Assembly (NCBI RefSeq): GCF_018350175.1
Contig: NC_058368.1
Span: 186,994,001 to 187,058,000, forward strand
DNA: 64,000 nt
Reading direction: 5' to 3'
From: Felis catus
Lineage: Eukaryota
In this document: piece after piece, positions 61,286-64,000 of the stretch
Layout: each line of letters begins with the position of its first letter
Position numbering within the stretch: the stretch's first letter is position 1
Translations under genes and position numbers: made by a program
Notes under the pieces: generated by a model
The model's input: only the letters and a program-made list of their open reading frames with translations
Database searches by the model: none
Told to the model about the DNA's origin: nothing

Positions 61286-62264
61286 ACAGCGTAATGCACT
61301 GGCTGATGGTTCAGTGTTAAATTCTTCCCTTTTTACCACAAGAACATGCACAAGTCTTTCTCTTGAGCAGCTCATGCTGTGGACATTTTCCCAAGCCCTG
61401 TCAGACTGCACTGCTCCTCATTTTCCAGCCTTCCGATTGATGACCAGAGCAGCTCCAGCCCATGCCCAGATCATCACTCATTATCCCTTCCTTTTCGTCT
61501 GTTCTCCCTGTCACAGAAAAAGACCCCTCATCGATGAGAGTAGATCTTTTTTGTTTCTAACAGTTGATCTTCTCAACAAATACTTACACTTACTTCTGAA
61601 AATACAGCCATTTATTTCTTCTTGCTCTGCATGGCAGAAGCATCACTAGACACTGCTGCATTTCCAGAACATACCAGGAAAAAGCAGGGGTTGTGTGTGG
61701 GTAAGCCAAATGAGCCATGGAGTCAGGGGCTTGGGGGGGACCCATGAGGACTTAAGCCTAAGAGTACGTAAGTCTTCTCCATCTCATTCGTCTCTATTCC
61801 CCAACACCCTGGTCAGTACCAGGCACCTAGGACAGGCTCACATGTTATTCACTGAATCAGTATATTAGCACCTAAAATGGAAAAATTAAAAAAAAAAGTA
61901 TGTGTCTATTACATGCTTGTTTTCTAGATTTTCTGTTTGGCTTAAGAATAAACAAAAAACGAGGGGCTGAGGGGGTAAGTGTTGGGCCATTTAAATCTTT
62001 ATATTTGCAAAGAGCTTCTCTTATCACAGTGTCTCTGCCCAGCTACACTTTGAGTTTGGACTCTTAGGATAGAGCTCATTTCCCTCCCATATACTAGCAG
62101 CATCTTTTTTGTCATGACTCACATGGAGAGGCCTGTCCCACACATTCCACCTCTTTCCATCCCAGGTGGAACTGTGGCTGAGCAGTAACCAACTGAGCAT
62201 CCCTGGACCCCATTTTTTGCCCACATTCTCCTTTTTTCCTTGCTTCTAGGACTGTAAGATTTCC

Positions 62265-62480
62265 AGTTAGCACTAGCAATGAACCAGGCATAGTGCTAAA
62301 TACCTCCATATACTACTACATTTAACCACCCCAAGACCTCCACCTTAGCATTTTGCAGATTTTAAAAACCCTGACAATTGGAAAGGTAAAGTGACTTGCT
62401 ACAGGTCCCTAAGCTGATTGATGGTGAACCCAGGCCTCCATGTCAGGTCTGTGGGCTCCCAACCCCAAGCTCTTTCCACC
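62265..62480 (-). mobile_element. MIR SINE
   Basis: 'ccaggcatagtgctaaatacc...cattttgcagat...aaggtaaagtgacttgctacaggtc'. Confidence 0.7.
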
Positions 62481-63184
62481 ATGGGCTGCACAGCAGCCTC
62501 CCCTTGACTTCAGGGGAGGCCTGTTATGGAACCTCCTATGTGAGAGGAACACTGGTCTTTTCTGACATTTCTCAAGCCAGATCTCCACCACATGAAACGT
62601 GTGATGTTTCTAGAATGGCCATTTCTGATGTCACCTACTGTGAGGTGCATGGGACTGAATTCCCTGTATCTACTAAGAAACCCAAAATCCCATAAGGGGC
62701 CTGTGCCTTCACTCTTGGTTGCCATTCTGTTGAGGATGATGGAGGAGGAGGGGCTTTTGTGTGGTCTGAGAGAAAACAGCCCCAGACCTCACAAAAATCT
62801 GCCTTTGGGTAAAGGTAATGAGGCCCTAAGGGAAAGCCATTTCCACTGCCCAGTGTGTGGAGATGAAAGTCAGCTAGGAGCTCAGAAAGGGGATGGGTTG
62901 GGGGAGGAGGGATCCTATTCTTCACTTCCTTATGATGTACAATTGTCACATCTTGTGGCTCCTCTGTCAGGGGCAGCCTGCACTAGCATTTAACAGACAT
63001 CATTTCAACAGAAATAGTTTTGTTTAAAAAGGAAACTACTTTAAATGGGAAATTAGTATTATCACAAACAGAGCAACTGTAAAATTCAGTGATCACAGAG
63101 CACCATGAGTAAACTCTATCCAGACAGTGCTGTCTGTGGAGAGTTCTTGCCCTGAGACTGGCTCTCCCTTTGTTTCAAAAAGAG

Positions 63185-63605
63185 AGTTAAATATTAACTG
63201 GCACAGTTTTGTGGGTATGACGTTTCAGTTTGGGAAGTTCTGGAGATGGTGGCAGCTACAACAGTGTGAGTGTATTTAATGCCACTGAACTCTGGGCTTA
63301 AATGGTTAATACAGGGGGCACCAGGGTGCTCAGTCAGTTAAACCTCCAACTCTTGGTTTCTGCTCAGGTCACCATCTCACAGTTTGTGGGTTTGAGCCCC
63401 AAGTTGAGCTCAGCACTGACAGTGCAGAGCCTGCTTGAGATGCTCCCCGCCCCTGCCCCTCCCCTGCTCCTGTGCTTGTGCATGCTCATGTGTGCTCTCT
63501 TTCTCCCCCCCCACCCCCCTTTTTCCTGGCCCTCTCAAAATAAACTTTAAAAAAGATTTTTAAAAATAGTTAATGCAGTAAGTTGTTAATATATTTTACC
63601 ACCAT
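63185..63605 (+). mobile_element. L1MB-like 3' terminal fragment split by a SINE
   Basis: 'gtttcagtttgggaagttctggagatgg...tttaatgccactgaact...ttaaatggttaa...atatattttaccac'. Confidence 0.8.
63315..63563 (+). mobile_element. Older CAN-SINE
   Basis: TSD aaatggttaatacag / aaatagttaatgcag. Confidence 0.9.
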
Positions 63606-63963
63606 GGAGGGGGGGGAAGGGAATGAGGCAAGGCTTTTTGTACACTTATAAAACAATCTAATATATCCTAAGTGAAAACAAAGTGCTGAACGAGGTGATT
63701 AAAATGTGTAACTTCTAGATTAAAAAAAAAAAAAGACACACACACACCTCTATGCTTTTATATGTAAGGATCCCTCTGAAAGAATGATGGTATTTGAATC
63801 TGTAGAAGGGGCCCTGTCGTTGGGAACAAAGAGGGAGGGAGCATCATTGTTGGCTGTGTGATTTGTGTTCCCTGTGCACCTATAACTCATTCTAGTTGAT
63901 GATAATTTTTTAAGCCCTAATAAAAAAGATTGACTAGCACCACAATGAAACTGTCACCCTGAA

Positions 63964-64000
63964 GCAGTTGTTCTCAACCTTGCCTGCACCCTAGACCATA
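63964..64000. mobile_element. Start of a MER5-like hAT MITE, cut by the window end
   Basis: 'cagttgttctcaaccttgcctgcac'. Confidence 0.5.

Noticed and set aside
62396..62993. Cluster of overlapping 70-133 aa ORFs
   Set aside because: Partly MIR-derived, on both strands, with no recognisable domain or convincing splice borders
1..64000. Host protein-coding gene, RNA gene, CRISPR array or viral insert
   Set aside because: No ORF outside L1 resembles a protein I recognise; no regularly spaced repeat-spacer array; tRNA-like sequences are SINE heads; no recognisable numt or viral protein motif. Short exons could still be missed without a homology search.

Overview
Mammalian nuclear DNA, almost certainly felid: it carries young SINEC_Fc-type CAN-SINEs and a felid/carnivore L1. 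The window is intronic or intergenic and repeat-dense. I recognise no host protein-coding exon, RNA gene, CRISPR array or prokaryotic system. The ORF track is mostly LINE-1 fragments, SINE read-through and chance ORFs. Main content: an ancient near-full-length L1 (+, ~1245-7175); a full-length but disabled felid L1 (-, 24638-30555) with 5'UTR, YY1 site, ORF1, ORF2 and TSD; a 5'-inverted (twin-primed) carnivore L1 with a probable 3' transduction (32116-34087); about 17 CAN-SINEs, many with readable TSDs; MaLR and LTR16 solo LTRs; hAT and Tigger-type DNA transposon relics; and many MIR/L2/L3 fragments. The best-supported observations are mechanistic: repeated insertion at the same target sites, twin priming, a perfect 74-bp tandem duplication with a foldback, and template-switch scars. 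A possible + strand promoter and spliced transcript at ~54.7-61.7 kb is speculative. Repeat family names come from recalled consensus motifs, not a database search, and boundaries of old elements are approximate. I found no well-supported novel biological system.
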